Shown: positions 1 through 13,265 of the stretch, piece after piece
Position numbering within the stretch: the stretch's first letter is position 1
Layout: every line of letters starts with the position of its first letter
Assembly: GCA_012295275.1 (NCBI GenBank)
Contig: CM022671.1
Coordinates: 27,280,001-27,344,000, forward strand
Origin: Chrysomallon squamiferum
Lineage: Eukaryota > Animalia > Mollusca
Direction of reading: 5' to 3'
Length of the DNA: 64,000 nucleotides
Program-made: the position numbers and the translations under genes
Notes under the pieces: generated by a model
Databases searched by the model: none
Told to the model about the DNA's origin: nothing
What the model saw: only the letters and a program-made list of their open reading frames with translations

Positions 1-363
1 TTTAAACTTGTGGATACAGTTTAAACAGTTCTGTTAGCTATATCAAGTTAAGAGATTTTTCTTGTTTTCCCAGCTATATCGTATCTGTATTGTAACAAGA
101 ACAGAACAACTTTGTAAATGTATGTCTATGACTCATTTAAGTTTAATAGGTAGCAAGTTAAGACTTAATTATCAAAGAAGAAGTTTCATAATAAATGTCT
201 TCTTCCTTCCATTCTCAATTACTCAAATAGAGCTTGGCTGTGTACAAAAAGGAGAAAAGATATAAGTATTAGTCAGTTACTGTTTTCTGCATGGATTAAT
301 TACCAACAGTTATATCACTGTCATGTAGCTGATACACAAGTGGTTATATTTTTAACCAAAAAA

Positions 364-394
<31 letters not shown>

Positions 395-1893
395 TAATAA
401 CAAATAAATAATATATAGCAGAGTATTGTATTTTTTTTATCACAATCCAGCATTATACTGTTGTAAAATGTCTTTATATAACATATTTGTTGTATTGTGG
501 AAAACAAAAATGGATGTTTTAAATTTCAGCCATTTTTCCTGGGGCACTTAGGGTATGCAGTACATGGAGCTCTGAGTTTAAAAAATATTGGGGACAATAT
601 TAAATTTACTCTGAAAAAGGCATCAGTTTTCAGTAAAATAGTAAATATCCAATATTATTTAAAGTAATTCATGTTGACAATAGCAACATAACAAGTGTAG
701 CAAAAACAAACTGCATTCATGAAAAATCAACTACACACAAATAGGAAATATTCATGCATGAATGTCATGGTCATTTCATCTTCTGAATGGTTCACTGTTT
801 AAGAGAAACATTCAGTAAATAATAAATAATAGATTTATTAAGGAACAAAGTATTATATTTTTTGTAAGCACACATATAGTTTTATTCCTTTTCTATTTTA
901 TTATTATTATTTACTCTTTTTAATGGTTTCAAAGTTTGCAAAGGAAGAGAAAAAAGAAAATTAATTACATTTATCTTTGTCTTTTTCTGTTAAAACTGTA
1001 CAATATCTGAAGAACTCAGTTATGAAAAAAGGTCTGAGATCCATTTTGCCAAAATTGCATTTGATGCTCAGACAGAAAGTGATTAACCATTGAAACATGT
1101 TGAGAAACTTAATTTTGAAATAAAATTGTTAATCACTGTATGTTGTCTCATTAATAATAAAATATATGTCATCATGTCAGTAAACAAAATAATAACCCTC
1201 ACTAACATTTTGGCCCTGGGCATAAATGCATCAGTTACTGTATTTCATACATTAATAAATATTTTATGTAATGCATATATTACCTGTCTGCTTGGTTTTG
1301 ACAACCTATCAATATTCTGAGGATATGGTTTACTGATTGATACACAGTATTCCAACATACAAGATTTTGATAGAAGTCAAATATAAAGCCTTTAAAATTA
1401 TCCTCTCTGTTCATAATAAATAAATAATAAACATAAAAAAAAATGTAAACTAATTATTAGAAAAAAACAAAAACACGATAAAATGGACCAAAAATAAAAA
1501 AATAAATAAAAATAAATAAATAAATAATAAAGAATAAAAATAAATTGATTAAAAAAAAGAATGACAAAGGAAAAATTTTAAATGGAAATATTATTTCTAA
1601 TATTTTGCATTGTATTTGTTTAAATTTATTGCATGTCAGAAATAAAGTTCTGTTCTTTATGTGACCCAGTTTTAATGAAAATATCTGTGCAAATTCAACT
1701 CTGTCTGAGTGTTTTATGAGCATTTTATTCACTCCACACCTACATTTGATTTAATTTTCTTCATTCTCCTGTCTTTTCCATGCACTGACTGACAACATTA
1801 ATATTAAAATATATTGTAATGTTGTTAAAAAAAATCAGTTTGAAACAAAGGAGGAGGGATTTACTATAGAAGTGTATTCATGTCTACCACACA

Positions 1894-1928
<35 letters not shown>

Positions 1929-3379
1929 TATAAAACTAAACATATATACATTTAAATGTACATATTTAAAGACACACACACACACAGAAAACAGACATTT
2001 AAAATGTTCACTTTATGATATGAATTTTCTTTTAATTTAATTTCATTTAAATTTTTTTCATTGTTTTTTGGGGAAATAAACATTTTGAATTTCCTAACAT
2101 TTGGAAATGGAATCTGCAGTGCAGAACAGAAAACAGAGAATGTACACGTCTGTGGAATCAGACGCACAGAAATACTGTATTGATTCAAACCAGGCTTTTG
2201 TCTGTCATGCTGGTTTAGAATTTGGCTAGCAAGCACTTGTTGCTTCTGCACATCATGGACGACAAACAGAAGAGTGAAAAGTCACCAAGTTGAAATCAAT
2301 TGTGAGAAAACATGTGTGTATGTTTTGGAGAACAAGACAAAAGCACTTGAAATACTCTTCAGCTAGATTTATTTTAAATTTTTTTTTTTTTTTTTTTTTT
2401 CAGATATTTTTTTTTTTTTTTTTTCAAATAATCATTCATTCCTTATCAACCTTAAAATAATAATTAAAAACAGAAGAAAAATGCAGCAAAATTTAAAATA
2501 AAGCACTTTATACAATTAAATTTTTTTAAATATAAATATATAGTGCAAAAAATAATTGCAGATATATTTCTGATGACTGTATTTTTCTTTAGGAAACAAT
2601 ATTTTTGTTTAGAATGTTTGACTAAAAATATTTTAGACATTTGTAAATTTTAGGTCCTTTTTATGCAGTCATTAATATATATATATATTTTTACATTTTA
2701 TATATGTGTGTGTGTGTGTGTATAAAAATATTTTTAGAACAGGAGAGAATAAATGTCAGAAATGAAATATTTACATCATATAAAAATACAGAAGGTATAA
2801 ATGAAACCCCTATCTTTATTGCATTATTAACATAAATTATACCTTTTTTCATTAAACACAGCAACTTTTACATTGATATTTATACTTTTTCATTAACCAT
2901 AACATAGTCTGTAATCAAATGTATACCTTTTTTAATTAACAACAACATTATTTATACCCAGATTTATATATTTTATTTTATTTTTCACTAATAACAGCAC
3001 AGTAAACAACCACCACAAAGTTTTGAGTGCTGAAACAATAATTATCAGAAAATAATTTCACGACAAGAACTCCCACATAATGGAAATACGCTTTACGGTG
3101 AATCCCTCACAGATGTCTTTACTGACCCTGTTTCCAAGTCAAAACTGAACAGTTAATATATCTGTCACTTGTTAGTTATCAAATCATAGCAAGACCTGCA
3201 GAGAATGTGTTAAGTCACCCGTATGCTTGTCAATAAGAGAGAGAATCAGAGTCAGAAAAAGAAAAAAGAACAAAAAATCATTATGGCTGTCACGTGTGGG
3301 GTGTATTGTCGAGGTATTGATCTTGTCAAATTAGCTCTGAGCTGTCAACTGTACATTCCTTGGGTTTCAACATGCTTGA

Positions 3380-3658
3380 GCCACATTTCACACCGTGCTG
3401 TATTTTGGCCTTCCAATATCCAATGTTTGTTAGGTGACATCATTTTATCATTTTTTTCTTCTGCTGTCTGTATGGTACTTATTGCACAAAAATTTTGGTC
3501 CTTATTGTGCCACATTTCACACCGAGCTGTATTTTGGCCATCCTGGAAAAAATATCCAGTGTTTGTTAGGTGACATCATTTTATCTTGGAAAAGGATTTT
3601 TCTCTTCTACTATCTGTATGGTACTTATTGCACAAAAATTGATGGTCCTTATTGTGCC
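3380..3658. repeat. Two-copy tandem duplication (~129 and ~147 bp)
   Basis: GCCACATTTCACACCG(T/A)GCTGTATTTTGGCC...GGTCCTTATTGT occurs at 3380 and again at 3509. Confidence 0.9.
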
Positions 3659-4170
3659 AAGATGTATGGTCATTAATGTGCCAATATCATGTCATATGGT
3701 TCTAAATCATATACAGTAATGCCAAGATGGTCCAGTGTTTGTGTCATATTTATATCAACAAAAATCTGTTTTTTTTTTCATTTATCATGTGATGTAGTAT
3801 AAAGTGATCATGTGAACCAGTATAACCAGAAATTAAAAATAACTGAAACATTACATATTTTTGTTCTAAGTAAAGCAAAGTCTGGAGTATTTTTGTGATA
3901 GATTCTGAGCAATGTTAGTTATTTCCAGTCCCAATTAATGCTCTATATCTGATTATATATAAATGAATATCAATAGGGCAATGCTTTTCTACTGCAATTG
4001 TTAAGTTTTTTCAAACAATGTTCATTCTTATAATATTAATTGAATTACTAGGTAATTAATTTCTGTTATGTTGCTTGAATACATAGAATCCAGAATTACC
4101 TTTCATTCTGTGAAAACTATTTCATTCAGTTATAAAAAATGGTTTAAATAATTTGAACATATTCACAAGA

Positions 4171-4204
<34 letters not shown>

Positions 4205-4226
4205 ACACACACACACACACACACAC
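4171..4226. repeat. (AC)n microsatellite
   Basis: Direct reading. Confidence 0.95.
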
Positions 4227-5810
4227 TTACTACTAATACAAAAAAACAAAATCCAAAATTACACTGATAGTTAACTAACAGTTCAACTGAACTGAAAACA
4301 GAAATCATCGTTAAAAACACCCAAACTGTTATAACCCATTAAATAAATATTTTAGTTCAATTTTTTTCTCTTTTTTTTATACTGATCTGTAACATACAAA
4401 TTTTCATACAAAGAAAATTAATTTGAATTATAACAGAATAAATAATTAAAGTAAAAAAAAATAAAAAAAAAAAAAACCCATTTAGGTGCTCTAACCACCA
4501 CCATTCCACTATAACAGTGTCCCATGGATTTTTTTTTTTTTTTTTTTTTGTCCCAGCCAGAGCATGAGCACAAAGTTATTTAGAAGTCAACATCAAGAAC
4601 TGAGAGCATTTTCTTTTTCCCCAACAAAAACATGCAAACAAGTGAAGAGTTGGGAAAAGAAAATTTTGCAGACTTTTAACACCTCTGTGTGCAGATTCCA
4701 TTTAGTGCTAACTTAAAGTGATGGTTGTTGTTGTTTGTTTGATTTTAAAGAAATAAAAAAAAAAAGAGGACAAGAAAAAAACTGGTTCATTAAGGTTGTG
4801 TCAATCAGAGAACATTTCAAGGGAAACTAAAAAACAGAAAATCTTCTCATGTTGCTTCATGATTTATTCTTTCTGACACCAGTAAAAATATACCTCATTC
4901 AAACAGGTTATAATTTATTATTTCAGTTCAGAGTTTTTGAGTTTGATTCATTGTTATTTATCTTGTTCTCTCTAGTAGTAATACTTTTTTCTCACATCTA
5001 AAAGTAAAAACAAACAACAACAAATAATAATAAAAAAAAGAAAAAGAAGAAGAAAAAATAGAACAGAAAATAATTATGATAATAATAATAGTAAAAGTAA
5101 AAATAGGTAAGCAAATTAAATAAGTAAATAAATAAATAAAAATCTCCATTACAATATGGAAAAAACAGTTAGATGAACTCAGCATATCTTTCTTGCTTGA
5201 AACAAAATCTCCAACAATTTATATGTAAAAATTTAAAAGTGTTAACATGAATATAAAACACTGAATTCTTTCACTATTTTAAAAATTAATATTCGTATTA
5301 GAATGAAATTATGTGAAAAATTTGTAACTGTAAATATTTGCATATTCTAATATCTGAAACAGGTGTGGTTCCCTGGAGGAGATTACTAAAGAAGAAATAA
5401 ACTTCCGGTTTTATAGAGCCAGACGGAAACTACATTTAATATGGCCAACTTTCCATTTGAACTAGTTTAAGGTTATTAAAAATAAAACCAAAAGATTTGG
5501 TTTTGGCAAACATAAATTTTATCTCAAAATAAACTTGAATAAAAAGTATGAAAGAGAAGCAGAATTTAAAAAAAGAATCAAAGCTTTTAATCAGGACATT
5601 ATTTTAAAATATTCTTTGAAGTTGAAATAATGTTATCAACCTGTTTTTTTTTTTTTTTTAAATTAGATAATCTATTATTTTTCTTGTTGGCAAGTTATCT
5701 GAAAACAGGATTTTTTCCAAAAATCCTCTAACCAAAAATAATGCTGTTGAAAATCTATAATTTTATGATGGCATGAAAACAACTGAAATATTACCATTTT
5801 TAATATTTTT

Positions 5811-5841
<31 letters not shown>

Positions 5842-8211
5842 CAATATCAAGTTTTTATCACAGAAATTTTTGTACAAATAATTTATTTTTGGTTATAAAT
5901 ATAATTTAGTTTATAATTACGTTTAGCCTAATTTTCTGTCAAAGAAAAAGACACTTTTTCAAATTTTTTATACTTCAGGTTTGGCTTGCATAAAACAGAT
6001 GTAACCATCAATCCTTTTATCTGCAAATGTTTCAAAAATTTCAAAAATATGCTGACGTTTTTTCTTTTTATTAATGATTTAATATCCTAATAAAAATGGC
6101 ACATATATATGCACTTCATGCATGTGAAAAAATTCATGGGACAAGAAAGAATGTGAAATATATTAAAAAATAGTATATGTAACAATTTATCGGTGATATA
6201 TTTTTGCAACAGATCCTTATTCCCCCCAAAAAAAAAAAAAAATAATAATAATAATAACAATAATAATAACAATAATAATAAATAAATAAAAAGAATATAA
6301 TTTAAAAAAAAAATTAAGAAAAAATAAATAAATAAATAAAAATAAACAAAATTAATAAATAAATAATTTTTTTTTTTTTTTTAAATTATCATAACAGACA
6401 TTTTTAAATGGACCCTATTAACATTTTCACATGGAACTAATTCTATATAATATTTATCTATGTATCTAGTACACATTCTATTTATTATTCAGTGTACATA
6501 CCCAATTTATTTCTTAACAGTACTAAATTCTAAACATTTTATGTACCTAAAACCAAATTACGGTTTCAAGAGGATCAAACTCTTTAATTAACAATGTCTG
6601 TGCAACCTGCACAAATTCTATACGCTTTGTGTGCTATATTTACTTTTTCAATGATACCATAATAACAGCACCACAAATCTACATAGCTATATCTATGCAT
6701 TTGCTATACGCCCCTCTTTATTTATCCATAATACAGTCATAAGAACATCAAGCATATATATATATCCTCTTTACTTTCCTAGCATGAGCACGACAGGACA
6801 AATTCTAAATAGTCATATGTATGTGAAACCTATTTACTTTTTCCTCAAACCTTCTGTTTGTACAGTGTTCACCTCTTGAGATGTACACACAGACTCATGA
6901 TTTGGTGAGGCTTTTTTCTTTTCACTTCTTTTTTTTTTTTTCTTCAATTACACGAAATACCATTAAACAAAACAAACACAGGCTGTGTGTTGGTGTCTAT
7001 GGCAATACATTCTTAAACGTCAACCCGTAAACCAAGCCTGTGATTTCACTTTATTAAAATAACATGATAAATATACAATTTCAATAGCCATAATGTCTTC
7101 TACAGAAATTCTTTGTGTTAAGGTATATAATACACACAGGTTCATGTTGTAATAACACTGCTATAAATAAAATATAAAAATGTATAAGCCTTTTGCATGT
7201 CGGGTGATGTATTTGAGAAACTTGTATTAAGATTTATATTATTTGTGCGTATTTTATTCTAATAATAACAACAACAATAATAACAATAATAATGATAATA
7301 GGCAATATCATCATCATCATGTTATTAATCACAATGTGGATTGTTTTTTGATACAGGAAAACTTTTAAAAAATATTACTGAAAATTGATAAAACAGTATG
7401 CTTACTTGTAGGTTTTTGGGGCCTGATAACTTAAAAACAAATAACAAACGATTTTGATCAGAGAATAGATCTTGTTATTTATTATCAGTAGAAAAGGTGT
7501 ATATAAAAAATATCCTGTTACTAGATGGATAAGGACACCTTAGAGTAAAGACAGCTGGTTTTATCTTTCATACCATCATCCTATGACATATAAAAAATAT
7601 TAATATGAAAATGTATCTACACCTTGATAACCCAGAAAATTCCACTGGTTCTCCCGTTTCATTCTAACAATGTAAAGGTTATTTCTTCCTGTTAAAGAGA
7701 TAATTCAGGCCAGATTTGAGATTCTTGTTGTGGAAATATGTTTGTCTTAGGCATCAGTATATATACTGTTTTAAAAAAAAAACATAAAAAAGATTAATTA
7801 TAGAATTGATACACATAAATATAACTGAAAAATAACTGAAAAAATAAAATAATGTACAAAAATCCCATTTTGACATGATGTGTTTATAGTTTAGTTATTT
7901 TCATACTATTATAAAAATATGGATTTTCAACATTATTACTTTAGGTGGAGCTTTTTTAAAAGCAGTCTTTTTTCTGATAATATGCTGAAACAAAAACTTC
8001 ATGTCTTTTATTTTTATAAACCAAATGGGTTGATGGCCATAAGACTCATAACTTCAAAGAATCATTCTGAAACAATTTTTTTTTATTAATGAAAACCTTT
8101 TTTTTCTTTAATTTATTTTCTTGAAGTTAATTTTAAATTTGCGTGGCTAACAGCTAAAACTAGGCAGCTATTTATAGCAATGAGTAAATACAGTATTCAT
8201 AAAGTATTTTT

Positions 8212-11034
8212 GGGTCATTCCGTGTCAAATCACCCAAAAAAAAAAGAAATTTAAACCCGACCGTCTCAGATTTTTATAAAACTTGGTATACTTGTTGACT
8301 GGGATCCCACAGCACCAAATCTGACATTTTAGCTCAATCAGACCAGTGGTGTGGGAGATACGGCCCTCGGAATTTTGAGATTTTTGCCAAAAATGGGTGT
8401 GACCACCAAACTTAGAACCCTCATATCTCAGGAACTACTGGGCTAATCTTCATAAAATTGGTATTGTCAGAAAGGCAAAATGACAAGGATACCAAATCTG
8501 CCATTTTTGTTTAGTTTGGAAAATATTGGAGTACCTTGACCTTTTGACCTTTGCTATGACCTTGAAATTGACTGTGTGGATCACGTGATCTTGAGATGAC
8601 CTTTATTGAAATTTAATCTCCTACATGTTAACTAAAACATATAAAAGTTTCCTGGGTGTAATATTTTTTGTTTAGCCACAATATAGATTTAAAAAATGCA
8701 CATACCTGAAAATAACACGTTTACAGCCATTAACATCTGATTAACTAAAACCTGAATGATTAATTCTGGATGCTAGGGATCACCATCTTTCTTGATCATC
8801 TAGTAAGACATTGAAGGCCTACATGTATGTATAAAGTTCACATAAATTTGAGAGAACTAGGTGTTTCTGATGCTTAACCTTCTCACTATGTTTGTTTCAA
8901 ATGCTCACTGTATCCTTCATTCCCAGACACATTCTACTGTTCTCATCACTTTCATAAAATTGGATTATTTCCTCCTTCAATTCATTGTCCTTTCAATGGT
9001 AAAGGGTGACAAAATCAAGATTTGCACACGCTCTGGATAGGATTCAGACATTAAGATGTCATTTTAATGTTACTGTAGCTGATGCTAGTTTTTTTCTGTC
9101 CTTTCATTCATTTACTGGAATGTGCTAGTGAATGGAGTTTGACAGGCATTTCGCCTAAACTCAACAGAATATAATTCAAATCAAAGTCCTTTTCTGGGGA
9201 AACAACAACCAGCGGTTTGTCTGGCAAGTTATCACCAAATTCTCCCATTGTAGTACCACCCATACTAAAGCCATCCTCTGCAGGACCTTTGATTTCTGAA
9301 GGGTAATCAGACAGTCACAGCACAACTTGTCTCCTGGCACTAGTGTCTTTGGAGGATTTACTAAGCATTTGTAAGTGCCCATGCTAACAATTCTTAAAGA
9401 TCTAGTGCATGCTTGCTCAGGGTGGCGATTAAGGGGATCACAACAGTTTTTCTGCGATGTTGAAAATTTGATGAAAAGTTCTTGTTCATGATACTCTTGA
9501 TGTCCCGTGTTTTGATCCCACTTCAAAGAGTGAGGAGTTCGATTTCCTCAGTTTTCCATACACTTCGCAACAACTCCTTTTTGATATGATGGTGTTGATA
9601 ACACACATTTTTAGGAGAGTTAAAGCTGCAGTTAGCTCTGGAAGAAATAAGGATTTTCAGTATTGGCCTGCACCTTCAGTTCAATAGAACAAAGTCAGTG
9701 CTTTCCTAAATATTAAATCAAATCCTGAAACCCTTTCAGTAAAGTTAAGCAGGTCATAAAATGGCAGCAGAGTACATGTGTTATTGCCAAAGGCCCACAA
9801 GTCTTAGGCATTTATGTCAATCTTCTCAAGTATAAATCACAGTTTATTAAGGTGAAGTAGACCTTATTCATAATCTGTGCCGAAGACTTGGTGTACAAAT
9901 ACATTATGCAGTACATCACTTGATGACATCTGATTTCAGACTGGGTTGTACTGTTGACTGAAACCTTGTTCAAAACCAATGGCAAGGCCCACATGACATG
10001 ATAAAATTACTTAACAGGTTTTATGAAATAAAAATATTGTTTATATATCAACATCTGACATTGTGTCCAACTTAAAAAGCTTCAGATTGTCAAAGAAATG
10101 CAGATGAAGAAACTTCTTTGTCTTAAACTTCAAATTGCCATGTGCTCAATGGGGATTGCACCAGGGAATCTAAAGGAGTTCCTGACCTGCCTGAAGCATT
10201 ACTTCCTGTTAACCCTTTGAGCCTGATTGTGTAGAACATGTCATGCCATTTGGCATCTTTTCATATCCTTCAGGCATTCCTTCAGACATGTCAGGTGGGT
10301 TTTAACTCCAAAGATGAGTTTTTAGTCTCAGAGAAAATGTACATTGTAATGCATTGTATCAATCATCCATGCAGGTATGCATTTTTTTAAATCTCTATTA
10401 AGGCTAAAAAAAAAAATATTATACCCAGGAAACTTTTATATGTGAACTTTATGCATACATGTAGGCCTACAATGTCTTACTCAATGATCAAGAGAGATGG
10501 TGATTCTTAGCATCCAGAATTGATCATTCAGGTTTTAGTCAATCAGATGTTAATGGCTGAAAAGGTGTTATTTTCAGGTATGTGCATTTTTAAATCTATA
10601 TTGTGGCTAAACAAAAATATTACACCCAGGAAACTTTTATATGTTTTAGTTAACATGTGGGAGATTAAATTTCAATAAAGGTCATCTCAAGATCACGTGA
10701 TCCACACGGTCAATTTCAAGGTCATAGCAAAGGTCAAAAGGTCATGGTACTCCAATATTTTCCAAACTAAACAAAATTGGCAGATTTGGTATCCTTGTCA
10801 TTTTGCCTTTCTAACAATACCAATTTTGTGAAGATTGGCCCAGTAGTTCCTGAGATATGAGGGTTCTAAGGTTGGTGGTCACACCCATTTTTGGCAAAAA
10901 TCTCACCACTGGTCTGATTGAGCTAAAATGTCAGATTTGGTGCTGTGGGATCCCAGTCAACAAGTATACCAAGTTTCATAAAAATCTGAGACGGTCGGGT
11001 TTAAACCATTGGGTGATTTGACACGGAATGACCC
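8212..11034 (-). mobile_element. Non-autonomous DNA transposon, Sola2-like, ~600-bp terminal inverted repeats
   Basis: Termini GGGTCATTCCGTGTCAAATCACCCAA...TTGGGTGATTTGACACGGAATGACCC. Arms 8212-8844 and 10439-11034 are near-perfect reverse complements, with 4-bp TTTT flanks. Internal minus-strand transposase remnants are present. GRG termini, 4-bp TSD and long TIRs are Sola2 characteristics. Confidence 0.88.
8819..9526 (-). pseudogene. Decayed N-terminal part of a Sola2-type transposase
   Basis: Fragments QKNCCDPLNRH..SLRIVS..LVPGDKLCCDC (Cys/His-rich finger, within ORF 9176-9526) and EEIIQFYESDENSRMCLGMKDTVSI*NKHSEKVKHQKHLVLSNLCELY (8993-8831). These resemble the FY..DE.SR..PG.KD.V..QKRL...L.ELY block I recall from Sola2 transposases. 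Stops are present and no catalytic domain is visible. Confidence 0.65.
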
Positions 11035-11622
11035 TTTTGTTTTATATATCATTTTATTAAATATATCATGTATGTTTTTATGTTGGACAATAATGTACAT
11101 TTCAGTTTGTTGACAATGCATTCAAGCACTAACAATTTGATTATGGGTCATTTCTGTCAAGCTTTAATCAGACAACTTTCAGGGACAGATCATTTGGCTT
11201 TTCAGAATTCTGTCCAAGACAATTTGGACCTAGTATTCCTTTAAATACATTATGGAATATCATATTCCTTCTCAAGTCTTCACCAAGATCCCAGTTTAAC
11301 ATGGAAATAAGCTGAGACAAACAGTGACTTGCTGGATTGTGGAACTGTGTGCTTCTGGAATTAGAAAGGTAGACAGACAGTCAGTCAGTCTCAAAGGAAT
11401 GTAAAGCAAAGAAAGGCATTTGTCAACAGAGCCAGCAGGTTCTCCCAGAGAGTGGATTAAACAATAAACAAAGGTTAAACCCTAAATCACAGAAACTGTT
11501 CACAGTTTCGCACCACACTGGTGTGACTCTTAAACTGAAGCTCTTGTTCCCAAAACTGTGTTTGTCATCATCGAGATTGTTAGCATTAATTAATCTCCAT
11601 CTCTAATCAGCCTGGATCTGTC

Positions 11623-11840
11623 AAGACTTTGTCTTTGTGACACCCAGGAAATGTCTGTTTTCAACATTCACAACACTTCTCTGCTGTGATATATTAAAAA
11701 TGTCTGTTTTTAAATAACACAAGACTTTGCTGTTGTGTCACCCTGGAAATGTTCAACTTACAAAACGTTTGTCTGTTGTAATACTTTAAAAAATGTCTGT
11801 TTTCAGTAGTCACAGAATATGTCTATTTTCAGTGATGCAT
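11623..11840. repeat. Degenerate ~48-bp tandem repeat with a ~97-bp higher-order unit
   Basis: Recurrent AAATGTCTGTTTT and AAGACTTTG..TTGTG.CACCC.GGAAATGT. Confidence 0.6.
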
Positions 11841-12359
11841 AATGAATGTGTCTTCAGATCTCTGGTATCAAAAACATAAAATGTGTAAAGAGGATATGAT
11901 AGCAAACAATGCATTTCTCCAGCATGATACATCTGCATAACAGCAAATATACTTCAGCAGTGTCATTATTATGCACTGGACATATCTGTCCTCAGCAGAT
12001 AATATTTCATTCTGTAAATATCTGCAGTGACAAAATATTAATTTCATATCTCTTTCAGCATATATTTATGCTTAATGAAAAATTATTAACCTGGTCACTG
12101 TTCCTAAGTCTTTGTCAACATCTTGGGCCGTACAAAAATTAATATTTTACGTCTTGTTCTTCAGTAAAGGAAAGCAAATAAAACCTCCAGTGTCTTTATA
12201 AAGACAACACTTAACATCTGACGCGACATATTTATGTAGATGTACAGCACTGTGAGCAGCCAGAGTATGTATCAAGTAACTGTTAATGGTCACTGCATTG
12301 ATCTTCAGGAGGCGAAAGCTAATCATCACTGCTCTTTCACAAAAGAACATCTGAAGTGA

Positions 12360-13265
12360 CAAATTGTGATAGGTTACCGCCATGAAGGGTTTGAATTACT
12401 GTTAAGTAACCAGAATCTATATATCAAGTTAATACTTTATGGCCCATCCAGTGATACTCACCTGATCTGTAAATTCTCACTCTGTCTGATAGTGTCCCCT
12501 TGTGACATTATTGTGTGAGAACATGAAACAACACTGAAAGGTGTGTATTCATAATTTATAACTACAGTGTTTAGTTCAACATGCTTCTATCACAATATAA
12601 AATTTAATCTAGCAGCTCTGGTCTTAAACATTATTTGAAAAATAAACGTTTTGGAACCACTACACAAGAAGAAAGCAAATTGTATGAGAGTACATTTACA
12701 AAGAAATGTTCTTAACATCCACAATGACAATGCTTAGCTGACTTACAGTACTGGGTGGTTTTGAATTACTATGAGTACAAGTTTATGGTCTGTATATTTC
12801 TTCTTCATATTTAGTGGGTGAAAGAAAAATATATGACAGTAGCATGTATAAAAAAAATTAAATATCAAAATTAAGAAATTTTGATAGGTTTACAGCCCTG
12901 ATGGCTTTGTTAAATAACTAGACTGAATATATTAACTTGTATTTTATGGCACATTCCTTGATATTCAGTAGATGAAAGCTAATCATATGGACAGAACCAT
13001 TAATAAAAAATAAAAAATAAAATGAACAAATTTTAATAGATTTAGAGCACTGATGTGTTTTTTAAGTAACCAAACTGGATATATCAGTTACACTTTATGG
13101 AACATACCTTGATATTCATTTGAGCAGTATTTATTTTTAAAAATACAAATAATAGGTAAACAATAATAACAAAATTAATAATAATAATAACAACAACAAC
13201 GAAATAATAATAATAAAATTACAAATTTTAGTAGTTTTACAGTATTGATGGGTTTTATTTACCAC
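12360..13265. repeat. Four degenerate copies of a ~90-bp unit
   Basis: AAATTTTGATAGGTTTACAG..CTGATG...TTAAGTAAC...TTTATGG.ACAT.CCTTGATATTCA-like at ~12361, 12876, 13028 and (partial) 13223. Confidence 0.6.

Noticed and set aside
3223-3676. 116-aa and 80-aa ORFs with an internal repeat
   Set aside because: They arise from the 3380-3658 tandem duplication; no recognisable domain or splice structure.
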